Below, one piece after another: positions 63,790 through 64,000 of a stretch of DNA of 64,000 nucleotides (the stretch's first letter is position 1; each line of letters begins with the position of its first letter). Source of the DNA: Vicugna vicugna (Eukaryota); the NCBI GenBank assembly GCA_013265495.1, contig MU058065.1, positions 5,368,976-5,432,975 on the forward strand, read 5' to 3'. Below the pieces are notes generated by a model, which saw nothing but the letters and a program-made list of their open reading frames with translations, did not search any database and was not told where the DNA came from. Both the position numbers and the translations under genes were made by a program.

Positions 63790-63950
63790 ACCAGCATGTG
63801 TAGTCCTCACAACAACCTCGTTAGATCGGAATAATTAATCTCATTCTGTAGACACAGTCTCTTGCCAAAGGTTACCCAGCTGTTAAGTGACAGGACTTCC
63901 AAATCCAGGCACATGTCCACAATGTCCTTGTGCTGTTCACTACTCTACAC
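63790..63950 (-). mobile_element. MIR SINE
   Basis: 'tcctcacaacaacc...cttgccaaaggttacccagctgttaagtgacag'. Confidence 0.7.
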
Positions 63951-64000
63951 AGCCTCTCTCATCCTCAACAGGGGGCTGGTGTTCTTAGAGCTACTCACCA

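Noticed and set aside
1..64000. CRISPR arrays, operons, prokaryotic defence systems or known miRNA/snoRNA genes
   Set aside because: The sequence is mammalian repeat-rich non-coding DNA; I saw no regularly spaced direct repeats and recognised no mature miRNA or snoRNA. An Rfam/miRBase search would be needed to exclude small RNAs fully.

Overview
Mammalian non-coding genomic DNA, most likely camelid (alpaca/camel). The assignment is inferred from two tRNA-Ala-derived vic-1-type SINEs and a young L1 3' end of camelid type, recognised from memory. I recognise no host protein-coding exon, RNA gene or canonical CpG-island promoter. The ORF-track hits look like chance ORFs, except remnants of a Tigger1 transposase (13.6-15.2 kb, minus) and an ERVL pol gene (RT/RNase H/integrase, 17.8-21 kb, minus). 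Much of the window is interspersed repeats: MIR, L2, L1, MaLR/ERVL/ERV1 LTRs, and hAT and TcMar DNA transposons. Between them lie repeat-poor blocks that look like enhancers or conserved non-coding elements, so the window is probably intronic or intergenic regulatory sequence. I found no convincing novel biological system. The best leads are two well-formed candidate spliced exons on opposite strands (9024-9226 +, 10859-10999 -), an anomalous CpG cluster inside the old ERVL, a twin-primed L1 inversion, hAT target-site reuse, an AT-rich inverted repeat and a strong CTCF motif. Repeat family names come from recalled consensus similarity, not a database search, and boundaries are approximate unless TSDs are given.
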